A DNA stretch of 64,000 nucleotides from Calditrichia bacterium (lineage in GTDB: Bacteria; Calditrichota; Calditrichia; RBG-13-44-9; J075). The stretch is taken from the NCBI GenBank assembly GCA_965227145.1, contig OZ245730.1, forward strand, positions 2,467,374 to 2,531,373. Direction: 5' to 3'. Below are positions 8,149 through 17,780 of this stretch, piece by piece (the stretch's first letter is position 1; every line of letters begins with the position of its first letter). Both the position numbers and the translations under genes were made by a program. The notes under the pieces are model-generated. The model saw only the letters and a program-made list of their open reading frames with translations. It was not told the origin of the DNA and did no database searches.

Positions 8149-10398
8149 TTATTGCCGCATTGCCCGTAATGTCTGGTTGCTGTTATTCACCCGTTCACCC
8201 AAAATTCCCACAATAAACCGATGAAACAATGCGGCAAGTTCGGGATGTTCCACTTCCATTAACCGTAATTTTTGGGTGGCCAAAAATAGCACCGTGCAAG
8301 CTTCATTGGTGACAACAGACGCCGTTGCCGGTCGCTGAAGATATACGCTCAATTCACCGATGACGGTGCCGGGTTGCATTTTTCGCAATCGAATAATCGT
8401 GCCGTTTTTTAGCTCCAGTTGCGCTGTAACTTTGCCGGATTCCAGAATATATAAACCAACCGGTTCTGCACCCTGAATGATGAGATATTCATTTTCCGGA
8501 ATCGTTTTATGAACAAAATACGGGTGCATTTGTTTCGCAAAATTACGTAAGGTTGCTTGCGGCAAATCGCGGTGCAGTGCGCCGGAAACAATCGATTCCA
8601 GGATCGAGATATCCGCAAATTCCCCATCCGATTTTTCATCCGGAAAATGTTGCAGCATTTGCTCTTCAACCCATTCCATCCCGTAATCGAGATCGTCAAA
8701 ATAGATGACTGTCTGATCATCAGCCGCGATATTGGCGGCGGCCAGCTGCCGTTTCATGATTTCAGAAAGATTGGTGAAAATCAACGTAAACGATTGCGAT
8801 AGCGCCAGCATTTTCAGCTTTTCGAAACTGTTTAATGCGGATGAATCGAGCCCCGTAACCAGCCGGAAATCGAGCAAGACATATCTGAGGCTGGGCAAAG
8901 GCGCGTTCAGGGCGCGAACCCGGACGGTTGCCAATATATTGTTTGCAGTGCCAAAAAAGAGAAAACCCTGCAATTGCATGACATACAAAGTGTTGCCATG
9001 CTTTTTCAACAATTGTGCATCCGGGCTGGGGCGATCCACATTGCTTTGGAAATTCTCGCCGGTGAGCACATGTTTTACCACATCAATGCGGCTGTAGTTG
9101 ATCACAAACAGGACAATTGCCACAGCTGTGCCTACGGCCATTCCGGGCAAAAATCCAAAAATAATAATCACCATCAAAATGAGGATCACCAGCACATATT
9201 CAATTCGCGGCAATTTGAACCAGGCATTGTAAAGCCATTCCACCAAAAATGTCAGTCCGAGATAAATCAGCAATCCGGCGAGCAGCGGACGGGGAAAATA
9301 GGACGGCAGCGCCCAGCCGAACAACAGTGTCGCACCGCAAATTCCGGCGGATACAAGTCCGGAAATCCGGCTTCGCGAACCGATACGGTGGCTGAGCGCC
9401 GTTAAACTGAGCGACATATATCCGACAGAACTGCCGCCGATCGCGCTGGCAAGATTCGCCAAACCGGATGCACGCAACTCCCGATTGAGATCGATTTCCC
9501 GGCGGGCGATCAGCTCCAATCCGCTGGCGTTTAATAATAATGAGATAATACTGATGATTGTAATCGAGCCGAGATCGCCATATTGTTGCCAGATGGCATC
9601 CCAGTGAATTTGGGTTGTATCCTGCGTCATCAGCGGCGAAAATACAGCGCCGCCACGGAATTGATCCATTAGCCAGCCTGCTTCACCGGCATGCGAAATC
9701 GGCGTTCCGGTCAGCAATAAAACGAGGTAAAATGAAACAAATGCGACCAAAATGGCGCCGGGCATCGTAAAAAAATGCCGGAATTTTCGCATCAAAACCA
9801 ATAATAGCACGGCAAAAAATAGACCGGGCAACCATTTCAACAACATATGTGTTTGGAGGAAAACCGGAATGCTTTTAATCGTCAGCTTCTCGCCGGCGAT
9901 GATGCCGAGCGCCCCTTTTACCAAAACCCAACCTGTGCCCGCCAAAAAGCCGCCGACAACAGGGTAGGGGATAAATCGAACCAAATTTCCGAGCTGGAAC
10001 CAGCCCAACAACAAAAAACTGATTCCGGTAACTAACGCGGTTAACGCAATGGCTGCGACAACCGTAACAAACAGCGATTCACCTGCAAGTCCCACGCCAC
10101 TTCCGGCAATGCTGCCGGCAACTATCGCGAGAATAGCGGTTGGTGCATCCTGCGGTGCGGTTACGGTGCTTTGAAATGCGCTGGTTAGTGCGATAATCGA
10201 ACCCATCGCAAAAGCGCCGAACAGCATCACACCCATCCCGCGAGCAGCAAATTCGGATAGCGGCCCCGAAAAAATCAGCGCCGCATAAGCACTCTGAAAA
10301 ATGACTATTAATATCCCATTCACCAAACCCGCGGTGATGCTTGGCAGCAAAATGCCCAAATCCTTTGAAAACGATTCCCTCAAGGAAATTTTACCCAT
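8149..10398 (-). CDS. SulP/SLC26 anion permease with STAS and cyclic-nucleotide-binding domains
   Basis: Multi-TM SulP core (PYPVVGGFLAG); STAS (LQGFLFFGTA, LDSSA); C-terminal cNMP fold (GLYILESGKV...GELS). Confidence 0.9.
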   Translation of the reverse strand: MGKISLRESFSKDLGILLPSITAGLVNGILIVIFQSAYAALIFSGPLSEFAARGMGVMLFGAFAMGSIIALTSAFQSTVTAPQDAPTAILAIVAGSIAGSGVGLAGESLFVTVVAAIALTALVTGISFLLLGWFQLGNLVRFIPYPVVGGFLAGTGWVLVKGALGIIAGEKLTIKSIPVFLQTHMLLKWLPGLFFAVLLLVLMRKFRHFFTMPGAILVAFVSFYLVLLLTGTPISHAGEAGWLMDQFRGGAVFSPLMTQDTTQIHWDAIWQQYGDLGSITIISIISLLLNASGLELIARREIDLNRELRASGLANLASAIGGSSVGYMSLSLTALSHRIGSRSRISGLVSAGICGATLLFGWALPSYFPRPLLAGLLIYLGLTFLVEWLYNAWFKLPRIEYVLVILILMVIIIFGFLPGMAVGTAVAIVLFVINYSRIDVVKHVLTGENFQSNVDRPSPDAQLLKKHGNTLYVMQLQGFLFFGTANNILATVRVRALNAPLPSLRYVLLDFRLVTGLDSSALNSFEKLKMLALSQSFTLIFTNLSEIMKRQLAAANIAADDQTVIYFDDLDYGMEWVEEQMLQHFPDEKSDGEFADISILESIVSGALHRDLPQATLRNFAKQMHPYFVHKTIPENEYLIIQGAEPVGLYILESGKVTAQLELKNGTIIRLRKMQPGTVIGELSVYLQRPATASVVTNEACTVLFLATQKLRLMEVEHPELAALFHRFIVGILGERVNNSNQTLRAMRQ

Positions 10399-10401
10399 AT
10401 T

Positions 10402-11922
10402 CTATTCGCTGATAAACTTTTGATAATCCTGGTATCGTGCTAAAATTTCCGTTACGTAATTTACCGGCTCCTCGCCGCGACAATATCCGAATTGAACCAC
10501 TTCGTCGTTAAAATATTTTTCCTGCGATTTATTGAGCAAATATTCGGCGACATTATCTTCCCACAAATCGGGGCTTTTATTGTATTTGATGGCCAACCGG
10601 CGGGCATCTTCCACATGCCCCTGTCCGGTGTTGTAGGATGCCAGCACAAATTTGATGCGATCCGTTGAATCCGGAATATCTTTCCAATAATTTAGCAACC
10701 ATTCCAGATATTTGGCACCGGCAGTCAAATTTTGCTCCGGATTTGCGCGGTCTTTTGCGCCGAATTGTTTGGCGGTTGCGGGCATCAACTGCATCAACCC
10801 TTTGGCGCCGGCCCACGAACTCGCTTCCGGATCGAACTGTGACTCCTGAAAAACCAACGCGGCCATCAGTCGCCAGTCCCAACCAACTTCAACCGATTTT
10901 GCCTTCAACATTTCGTCGTATGGTGAAATTTTATCGCCGGTCATCGAGAAAAATTCGCTGCGAACCCTTTGGCTGTAAAAGCGTTTGTTTTGATGATATT
11001 TTGCATAAAGCACATTATATGTCGGTTCCGTGCGCATTTGATCCAGCCATTTGTTGATGTTCTCGCGCAGTTTTGGCGAGTTGCGGCGGATTGCCCATGC
11101 AATGCGTTGGGGCAGGCTGATTGCCAGCCCGATATCAATATTCTGATGATACGCTGCGTTAATTTGAGCAATATTTTCATCCGCAACCGTGTAATCGATT
11201 TCGCCGTTGGCAACCTGGGCAATCAGCGATTCGGTAGAAATATCGCCGGGAACTTCAACAATTTCGATATCCCCGCCAATTTCATCGGATAAATTGACCA
11301 GCCGGAGGTAATACGACGAACCTTTCCGGACATGAATCCGTTTGCCGATCAGATCGACCGGATTGGTAATCAGCGTTTTATCGATTTCGTGGCGCTTCAT
11401 TTGCCGCCAGTTATCCGGCATTCGCTGGATTAGCACTTGCCGGATCAGCGTGTGGTGATCCGAAAAATCAACCCGTTTCAACCGGCTTTTGGTGACCGTC
11501 ATATTGTAAGCCACCAAATCGCCTTCACCCGCGTTCAGGTTGTCAAAAATATGATCCAAATCTTTGACGACAACGATATCCAATGCAACATTCAAATAAT
11601 CCGCGAGCATATGGAGCAGTTCATATTCAAACCCCATGGGTTGCCCTTTGTAAACGAAATAGCTGCTGGCGCTGTATCCGGTCAGCGCAACCAACCTGCC
11701 TCGCTTTTTGATTTCTTGCATGTCGATATCAACAATTGGCTCGGGCACTTCTGTTACGATTTTTTCGGACGCGGGTGAGATCGTCCCGGTTGTTAATTCT
11801 GCCGCATCCTTGACTATTTGCGATGTATTTTGTTGCGCTTTTTGTTGCTCGCAACTATTTGAAAATATTACACTTAATATCACAAGTAACGGGATTGCGA
11901 AATTTCTGATCGCTAAAAACAT
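10402..11922 (-). CDS. mltF: MltF-like membrane-bound lytic murein transglycosylase (SBP family 3 + SLT)
   Basis: Lipobox-like SNSC; GFEYELL SBP domain; SLT motifs FQESQFDP, GAKGLMQLMP, LASYNTG. Confidence 0.85.
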   Translation of the reverse strand: MFLAIRNFAIPLLVILSVIFSNSCEQQKAQQNTSQIVKDAAELTTGTISPASEKIVTEVPEPIVDIDMQEIKKRGRLVALTGYSASSYFVYKGQPMGFEYELLHMLADYLNVALDIVVVKDLDHIFDNLNAGEGDLVAYNMTVTKSRLKRVDFSDHHTLIRQVLIQRMPDNWRQMKRHEIDKTLITNPVDLIGKRIHVRKGSSYYLRLVNLSDEIGGDIEIVEVPGDISTESLIAQVANGEIDYTVADENIAQINAAYHQNIDIGLAISLPQRIAWAIRRNSPKLRENINKWLDQMRTEPTYNVLYAKYHQNKRFYSQRVRSEFFSMTGDKISPYDEMLKAKSVEVGWDWRLMAALVFQESQFDPEASSWAGAKGLMQLMPATAKQFGAKDRANPEQNLTAGAKYLEWLLNYWKDIPDSTDRIKFVLASYNTGQGHVEDARRLAIKYNKSPDLWEDNVAEYLLNKSQEKYFNDEVVQFGYCRGEEPVNYVTEILARYQDYQKFISE

Positions 11923-12083
11923 TCCAAATCCCCCTTAATTCATTTAACAATGATGCTCAGCACATTTGTGCTAATAAGCCAAGATAGCGCATTCCTTAAT
12001 AATATCAAAAAATTTTGATTGGGATGAACATAATTATTGGTGAACAAATGTTGCCAATAATTGGTGGGGTTGGACACTACTTT

Positions 12084-14663
12084 TCAAAATGAAAACCCGC
12101 TGATGAGGTGAAAACGCAGTCCTTCATCTGTATTTGCAGCAACCAGCGAGAACGCCATTTCGCCGACGGCCGGAATCAGCCAAATGCCGCCGCCAAAGCT
12201 GTCGTGCCAGTTTTCGCTGGATTCGTTTTCGATCCAAACGTGCCCGATATCCGTAAAGCCCAATATTCCAAAATCTACGGGAATCAAAAATGAACCGCGA
12301 ACAATTTTAATGCGGATTTCCGAATTGCCGAGCACGGCAGAATCACCGCCGTATCGCTGAAAAAGGAAGCCCCGCAACGATGTCGGACCGCCGAGAAATG
12401 CAGCTTCGTAATAGGGATAACTGCCCCAGATTTTTTGCCCATATGCCCGCAACGCCACGGTAATTCGGGAGAATGGGGAAAAATATCCGCGCAAATCCAG
12501 AATACCGCGCACAAATGCACTATCATTGTCGAGCGCTTGCGGCGCAACTTCTGCGCCGATCGTTGCGTACCAACCGTTTGATGGCGAATAGCTGAGATCG
12601 CGAAAATCGCTCGTGATCCCGGCTGAAAATTTTGCAAGGGTGTTCAGATCAAATCCGTATGGTTTTGTTTGCGTGATCAGCCGTTCGCCAGAGGGGATGC
12701 TGGTATCAAAATGTTGCACGGCTGCACCAAAATGGATGGTTGTTTGCGAATTCAACCGGCGAAGCAGGCTCGCTTTTGCCCAATATTGATTGGATTGTAA
12801 TTTGTAAAAATCGTTTCGCTCCAACGATTTATCCGGTTCGGCGCTGTTGCCCAACCCATAAAAATTGCTGACATCTTTGGGATAATAGCCCAAATCCAGC
12901 ACGGTGCTAAAACCGAAAAACGCCTGCGGAATTTCCAGATTTCCGCCAAACCGAACAGCAGATGTTTTCGTTGCAAAACTGCCGTTTAAGCGCAATTTGG
13001 CGGCGTACGGCTCGCGCCGGAAGCCGTAAAATTCCGTTTTGTGGCGCAAACCCAAAATAAATCCGTCGTCTGCGTTATAGGCAATTTGCGGAAAAAACTC
13101 GCCCATTTGCCCGCGCGAAAGCGTTAACGGTTGATATTCGTGACGATTGATAACCGAATCGATCGAACCGGAAATGAATTTTGGCGAATGCGTGCCGCTG
13201 ATTGTCGTGGTTCCGGCGTGATCGTAAATCTGCAGATTTCCCGGCGCATCATTTCGGACAATATCCGCACCACCGCCACCGATCACCCGAATGCGAATGC
13301 GTTTTTCCGCATCGCCTGTGGTGATAATTTTGTCATCGCCGCCAAACAGAAAAATGCGAATTTCGCCGGTTTCGCCCGGAAAAAATGTGCGTTCGTAAAC
13401 GGTTGTTTCTGTTGAATTTGACGTGCTGATTTTTAACGTAATTTCGCCAGATGTGCTGCGATCAATTACCAATGTTTCCGGCAAATCATGCCCGGTGATT
13501 TCCGGCGTTTTCGCCAGATTTTTGTAGAAATATGCCGCAGCTTCCGGGATCATTTTGCGCCGCTTTTTCAGCGTTTCAATCAATGCCGGACCGGAAATTT
13601 GATAGATTTCCGGCGGTAAGTTCTGAACGGCCGTTTCGATTACGGAATCCGTCATCGCAGCGACAAAACCGGCGGCACTTTCGCGAAAATCAGCGGCGGT
13701 CAGCGTGTTCAAAAATAACCTGTCCGTGTGCCGCGCCTGAAAAGTGATGCTCCAGTAATCCGTTTTCTTTTTATTGATGCCTTCCAATTGCGGAACAACC
13801 GTACGCCGTTCGGCAAATGAGGGCAGCAATCCGTCGAATTTTACAAATGCCTGATCGCGATCGATAGGAATCGGTTGCCAAACGCCGTGCGAGCCACCGG
13901 AAACCTTCGCCCAACGCCATTGGTCAAAATGGCGATCCCAATCGCTGATGAAAATATCCAGCAAACGGGCAGTGAGATAATTTTTCTGATCGACCGATTG
14001 CCCGAAATCATTTTCCAACAATTCCAGCAACTCCGGCGTTCCCAAAATGTGGTTGAATCCGCCAAAACCCGGGGAATTGTTGTCGCCATTTGCTGCAAAT
14101 TCCTCAATAAACCCGACGATACCGCCAAAATCCGATTGAAATTCGCCCAACGTTGGCTCATCCGGCAACACCACAACTTTGGGGTTTGTGTGTAAAATTC
14201 CAGCGGCTTTTGCCAAAACCGGCACAATTGCCGGACCGTACGGATGCGCGGAGCTGTTTTGGTCCCGCACAATTCCGGTGATAAATGTATCGCGGAGTTC
14301 TTCCGGTAAAATCCGGGAGGGATCTTTATCGATCGATCGAAATTGAAATTTGCTGCCGTCCGCCGCCACAAAACTGAGCGATTTCGACTGAAATCCTCCG
14401 CTGCGTTTGTGCGGGCGCAATCCGCCGGCGGATGTTTGCATACTGAGCACCGGTGCGTTGATAGGTGTCAGCCATTCCTGCCGGTAATGTTTGCCCAACA
14501 ACCATTGTTTAATGAAACCTGCATGAAAATTTTCGCCCGCAGTAATTGATTTTTGCCCGTCATAGCGCAAAACTTCCGTGCCGGATTGCGCAAAAAGGTT
14601 GAAAAATACAAACAGGGCAGAGAAAATCAGGACATTTTTCAGTGGTGCGGTACGCATCGGCAC
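12084..14663 (-). CDS. Omp85/BamA-TamA-family outer-membrane protein with an N-terminal kinase-like domain
   Basis: Signal peptide; GGFQSKSL, FRSIDK, DWDRHFDQW and PIDRDQAF motifs; C-terminal barrel with LRGF motif and terminal GFSF. Confidence 0.75.
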   Translation of the reverse strand: MPMRTAPLKNVLIFSALFVFFNLFAQSGTEVLRYDGQKSITAGENFHAGFIKQWLLGKHYRQEWLTPINAPVLSMQTSAGGLRPHKRSGGFQSKSLSFVAADGSKFQFRSIDKDPSRILPEELRDTFITGIVRDQNSSAHPYGPAIVPVLAKAAGILHTNPKVVVLPDEPTLGEFQSDFGGIVGFIEEFAANGDNNSPGFGGFNHILGTPELLELLENDFGQSVDQKNYLTARLLDIFISDWDRHFDQWRWAKVSGGSHGVWQPIPIDRDQAFVKFDGLLPSFAERRTVVPQLEGINKKKTDYWSITFQARHTDRLFLNTLTAADFRESAAGFVAAMTDSVIETAVQNLPPEIYQISGPALIETLKKRRKMIPEAAAYFYKNLAKTPEITGHDLPETLVIDRSTSGEITLKISTSNSTETTVYERTFFPGETGEIRIFLFGGDDKIITTGDAEKRIRIRVIGGGGADIVRNDAPGNLQIYDHAGTTTISGTHSPKFISGSIDSVINRHEYQPLTLSRGQMGEFFPQIAYNADDGFILGLRHKTEFYGFRREPYAAKLRLNGSFATKTSAVRFGGNLEIPQAFFGFSTVLDLGYYPKDVSNFYGLGNSAEPDKSLERNDFYKLQSNQYWAKASLLRRLNSQTTIHFGAAVQHFDTSIPSGERLITQTKPYGFDLNTLAKFSAGITSDFRDLSYSPSNGWYATIGAEVAPQALDNDSAFVRGILDLRGYFSPFSRITVALRAYGQKIWGSYPYYEAAFLGGPTSLRGFLFQRYGGDSAVLGNSEIRIKIVRGSFLIPVDFGILGFTDIGHVWIENESSENWHDSFGGGIWLIPAVGEMAFSLVAANTDEGLRFHLISGFSF

Positions 14664-14775
14664 CTCGTTATGTTTTTTAATTTCAAAAATTACACATTAT
14701 TGGCGTTGGGTGAATTTGATAGCGTTTGAAAATAACACATCACAAATTAATTGTCAAATTGTTGAAAAATTGAGA

Positions 14776-16242
14776 TCAGCGGGATTCCGGAATAATCGCG
14801 TCCGCTTCAATTTCGACGAGATACTGATCACCCACGAGCGCAGCCTGAACCAGCGTATTTGCCGGTTGGATTTCGCCAAAGCGTTCGCCGTGGGCACGGG
14901 CAACGGCTTCCCATTGATCAATATTTTTGACGAAAATCCGGGTGCGAACCACATCCGCCAAACTACCGCCGAGCGATTGAATCGCGCCCTCGATTTTGTC
15001 GATAGCGAAGTGCGCCTGCGCGGCGGGATCGCTGCCGCCGATCACCCGGTCACCGTGGGTTGCCGTCGTCCCCGAAACGGTGATGTGATTGCCGTGACGA
15101 ACTGCGCGGCTGTATCCGGCAAATTTTTCCCAAACGGTGCCGCTCAAAACGCGAGTGCGTCCGTCTGATCCGATTTTTGTGGGATACGGCTGTGGCATAC
15201 TTTCGATGTGATGACTTAAATCGCCTGAAGCGGTGAGATAGGGTGGTTTTCGGTATTCGTCCCCGCTGTCGCCGGGAATGGGGGAGAGCTGCGATTGGGC
15301 TGCCGCGATCGCCGATTTATCCGCCGCATCCAGCGAAAAATCGAACAATCGCAGATTTTCGGAAACGTGTTCGCTGGCACCGAGCCGTGCGCCGATGATC
15401 ACGCCGCCAACTGCCGGCTGTTCCAAAATGCATCGGCTGGCAACGTTGGCAATCGAAACACCGTGTTTTTTCGCGATGCCGGAAAGCGTTTCCAGCAATT
15501 GTTGAAACGGCTGCCAGCCACCGGCGGCGTCGATAAATCGTTTGTATTTCATTCGCGACCAGGTTCCGGCATTGGGTGCGGTTGGCTCGGTTTTGCCGAT
15601 CCATTTTTCGGTTAGAAATCCGCCGGCGACTGTTCCGTATGCCAACAATTTAATGTTGTGTCGCAGACACAATTCCGTCATTTTTGCGGCGGGACGCTGG
15701 TCGATCAGCGAAAAACAGACCTGATTCGACACAATTTCGATGCCGCTGTTCACCACAATTTGCAGATGGGCTGTATCGAAATTGGTCAATCCGAGATGGC
15801 GGATAAGTCCCTGTTTTTTCAACGCTTGCAGATGGAATAAACCGTCCAGCCATGCCGGATCGGGATAATTCCAGGCGTGAAATTGGAGCAAATCGATGCG
15901 GTCGGTTTTCATCCGGTCGAGCGCACGTTCCACCGCTTCGCGAACATCGGATTCGCTGATTGCGCCGGGTTTCGGCACCCATTTGGTAAACAATTGGACG
16001 CGATTCGGCTCGCCGGTTTGCCGCAAAAATTCCCCGGAAATAATCTCCGCAGAGCCGTAATGATCCGCCATATCAAATGTGGTGAATCCGGCATTTGCGT
16101 AAGCGTGCATATGTTTGGCAGTCGCAACGGGATCCAGCGGTTTGCCATCGCGTTCCATATCGGCAATCTGCCAAAGCCCGGTGAGCACCCGGGAAATGTT
16201 TAAATCCGGCGCAAGTTCGATGCGTTCAACAGTATTTTTCAT
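14776..16242 (-). CDS. Aldo/keto reductase fused to a C-terminal Rid (YjgF/YER057c/UK114) domain
   Basis: AKR tetrad D-x4-Y (FDMADHYG), K (LFTKW), H (QFHAW); Rid domain SGTVWE..GYSRAVR.G...VSGT...LVEIEADA. Confidence 0.85.
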   Translation of the reverse strand: MKNTVERIELAPDLNISRVLTGLWQIADMERDGKPLDPVATAKHMHAYANAGFTTFDMADHYGSAEIISGEFLRQTGEPNRVQLFTKWVPKPGAISESDVREAVERALDRMKTDRIDLLQFHAWNYPDPAWLDGLFHLQALKKQGLIRHLGLTNFDTAHLQIVVNSGIEIVSNQVCFSLIDQRPAAKMTELCLRHNIKLLAYGTVAGGFLTEKWIGKTEPTAPNAGTWSRMKYKRFIDAAGGWQPFQQLLETLSGIAKKHGVSIANVASRCILEQPAVGGVIIGARLGASEHVSENLRLFDFSLDAADKSAIAAAQSQLSPIPGDSGDEYRKPPYLTASGDLSHHIESMPQPYPTKIGSDGRTRVLSGTVWEKFAGYSRAVRHGNHITVSGTTATHGDRVIGGSDPAAQAHFAIDKIEGAIQSLGGSLADVVRTRIFVKNIDQWEAVARAHGERFGEIQPANTLVQAALVGDQYLVEIEADAIIPESR

Positions 16243-16271
16243 CGATAAATCCTGATGGTTTTTGTGATTTT

Positions 16272-17765
16272 CTATTCCGGCGGCAGGTTGGCAAAAATGT
16301 TATCCACATCCGCACCGGATGTTTTGAGTTTGTGCATTTCGCGAAAATAAATGACGCTGGCGATCGCCATCACTGCCAGCCAAATTGGCGTCGAGTGAAA
16401 ATACCATGCGCTGACTTCCGCGTTGATATCTTTCCAAATGTGCACGCCGAGAAATCCGCCGAGTGTTAAAATGCCCAAAATGCCCAACGGAATCTGAATT
16501 TTTCGCGATTTCAAAACAGTAATTCCAGATGCGATGGCCGGGTTTTTACGGTGCAAAAACAGAATGGAAACAGACATCAACAGGAAGTTGACGAGCATCG
16601 ATGTAACCAAAATGTCCACGCCGAGAAAAAAGTCTCCGGCAAAATGGCTGCCCAAAATTCCGACGGATGCCATGCAGGCGCTGAGCACAATCGCCAATTG
16701 CGGTGTGTGGAATTTCGGGTGAACTTTCGCAACGGATTTTGGGAAAATGCCATCTTCCGCCCATGCGAACATCAACCGCGAAACGGACAACAGCATCGCG
16801 GGCAAATCGTTGATCAACGCGATAGCTGCGCCGGAAACGATCAGCACCGTCCAGCCAACCGGCAGCAAAACGCCGAGCAATCCGGGCGCTGTTAAATCGC
16901 GCAATTGCGCTTCCTGTGAAATATATTGCCACGGCACCGCATGATAAACTGCACCGGTGAACAGCAAATCAAACAGCCCGACAGTGAGGATCGCGATGCC
17001 GATTGCCAGCGGCAACGTTCGTCCCGGATTTTTGGCTTCGCCGCCGGCCTGCGCTATCGAATCAAACCCGATAAAACTGGAAAACAGTATCGCCGAAGCA
17101 GCCAAAAACGCACCGAAATTGAAAGAAAACGGTTCCGCTGGCGGGATGATTTGCCCGGTTTTTTGGGCTGTCGCAGCGATGAAATCCTGTTGGTTGAAAT
17201 AAAATCCGGCGATAATCAGCACAAATCCGGTGATAAACATCAGCACCATCAACGGAATGAGCGTGCGTTCGTACAACCGTAAACCGCGTAAATTTACCCA
17301 AACAAACACCCATAAAAATGCCAGCGCCAATAGCAGCCGGATGTTGGGAATTTCCAGAAATACGACAACGCCCGTCCAGCCGAGCGCATCAAAAATATCG
17401 CGCACAAACGGCACAATAACATACGAAACCACGCCAATCGCAATAGACAACCCGAACCATTGGGAAAAACTGGCCACAAATCCGAGATAGGGATTGAGCG
17501 CACGGCTGGCATACACATAACTGCCGCCCGCCCGTGGCATTGCGGATGCCAAAATTGCGTATGGCAACGCAGCCAGCACTGCCGGAATGATTGCAAATAA
17601 ATAGGCATAAACCACATTCGGGCCGATTTCCGGCACGTTGCGTTGCAGCATAAACGGCACAATATTGATGGATGCGCCCATCATCGAACAAATGCCGGTT
17701 GCCGCGAGACCCAATAATCCCATCTGCCGCGTTAGTCCGGTCCGGCGTTGCGTTGACTCATTCAT
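16272..17765 (-). CDS. APC-family amino acid/polyamine permease
   Basis: About 12 TM segments; MMGASI TM1; ASAMPRAGGSYVY; SFIGFDS TM6; SRLMFAWAEDG motif. Confidence 0.9.
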   Translation of the reverse strand: MNESTQRRTGLTRQMGLLGLAATGICSMMGASINIVPFMLQRNVPEIGPNVVYAYLFAIIPAVLAALPYAILASAMPRAGGSYVYASRALNPYLGFVASFSQWFGLSIAIGVVSYVIVPFVRDIFDALGWTGVVVFLEIPNIRLLLALAFLWVFVWVNLRGLRLYERTLIPLMVLMFITGFVLIIAGFYFNQQDFIAATAQKTGQIIPPAEPFSFNFGAFLAASAILFSSFIGFDSIAQAGGEAKNPGRTLPLAIGIAILTVGLFDLLFTGAVYHAVPWQYISQEAQLRDLTAPGLLGVLLPVGWTVLIVSGAAIALINDLPAMLLSVSRLMFAWAEDGIFPKSVAKVHPKFHTPQLAIVLSACMASVGILGSHFAGDFFLGVDILVTSMLVNFLLMSVSILFLHRKNPAIASGITVLKSRKIQIPLGILGILTLGGFLGVHIWKDINAEVSAWYFHSTPIWLAVMAIASVIYFREMHKLKTSGADVDNIFANLPPE

Positions 17766-17780
17766 AGATTCGTTTCCGTG

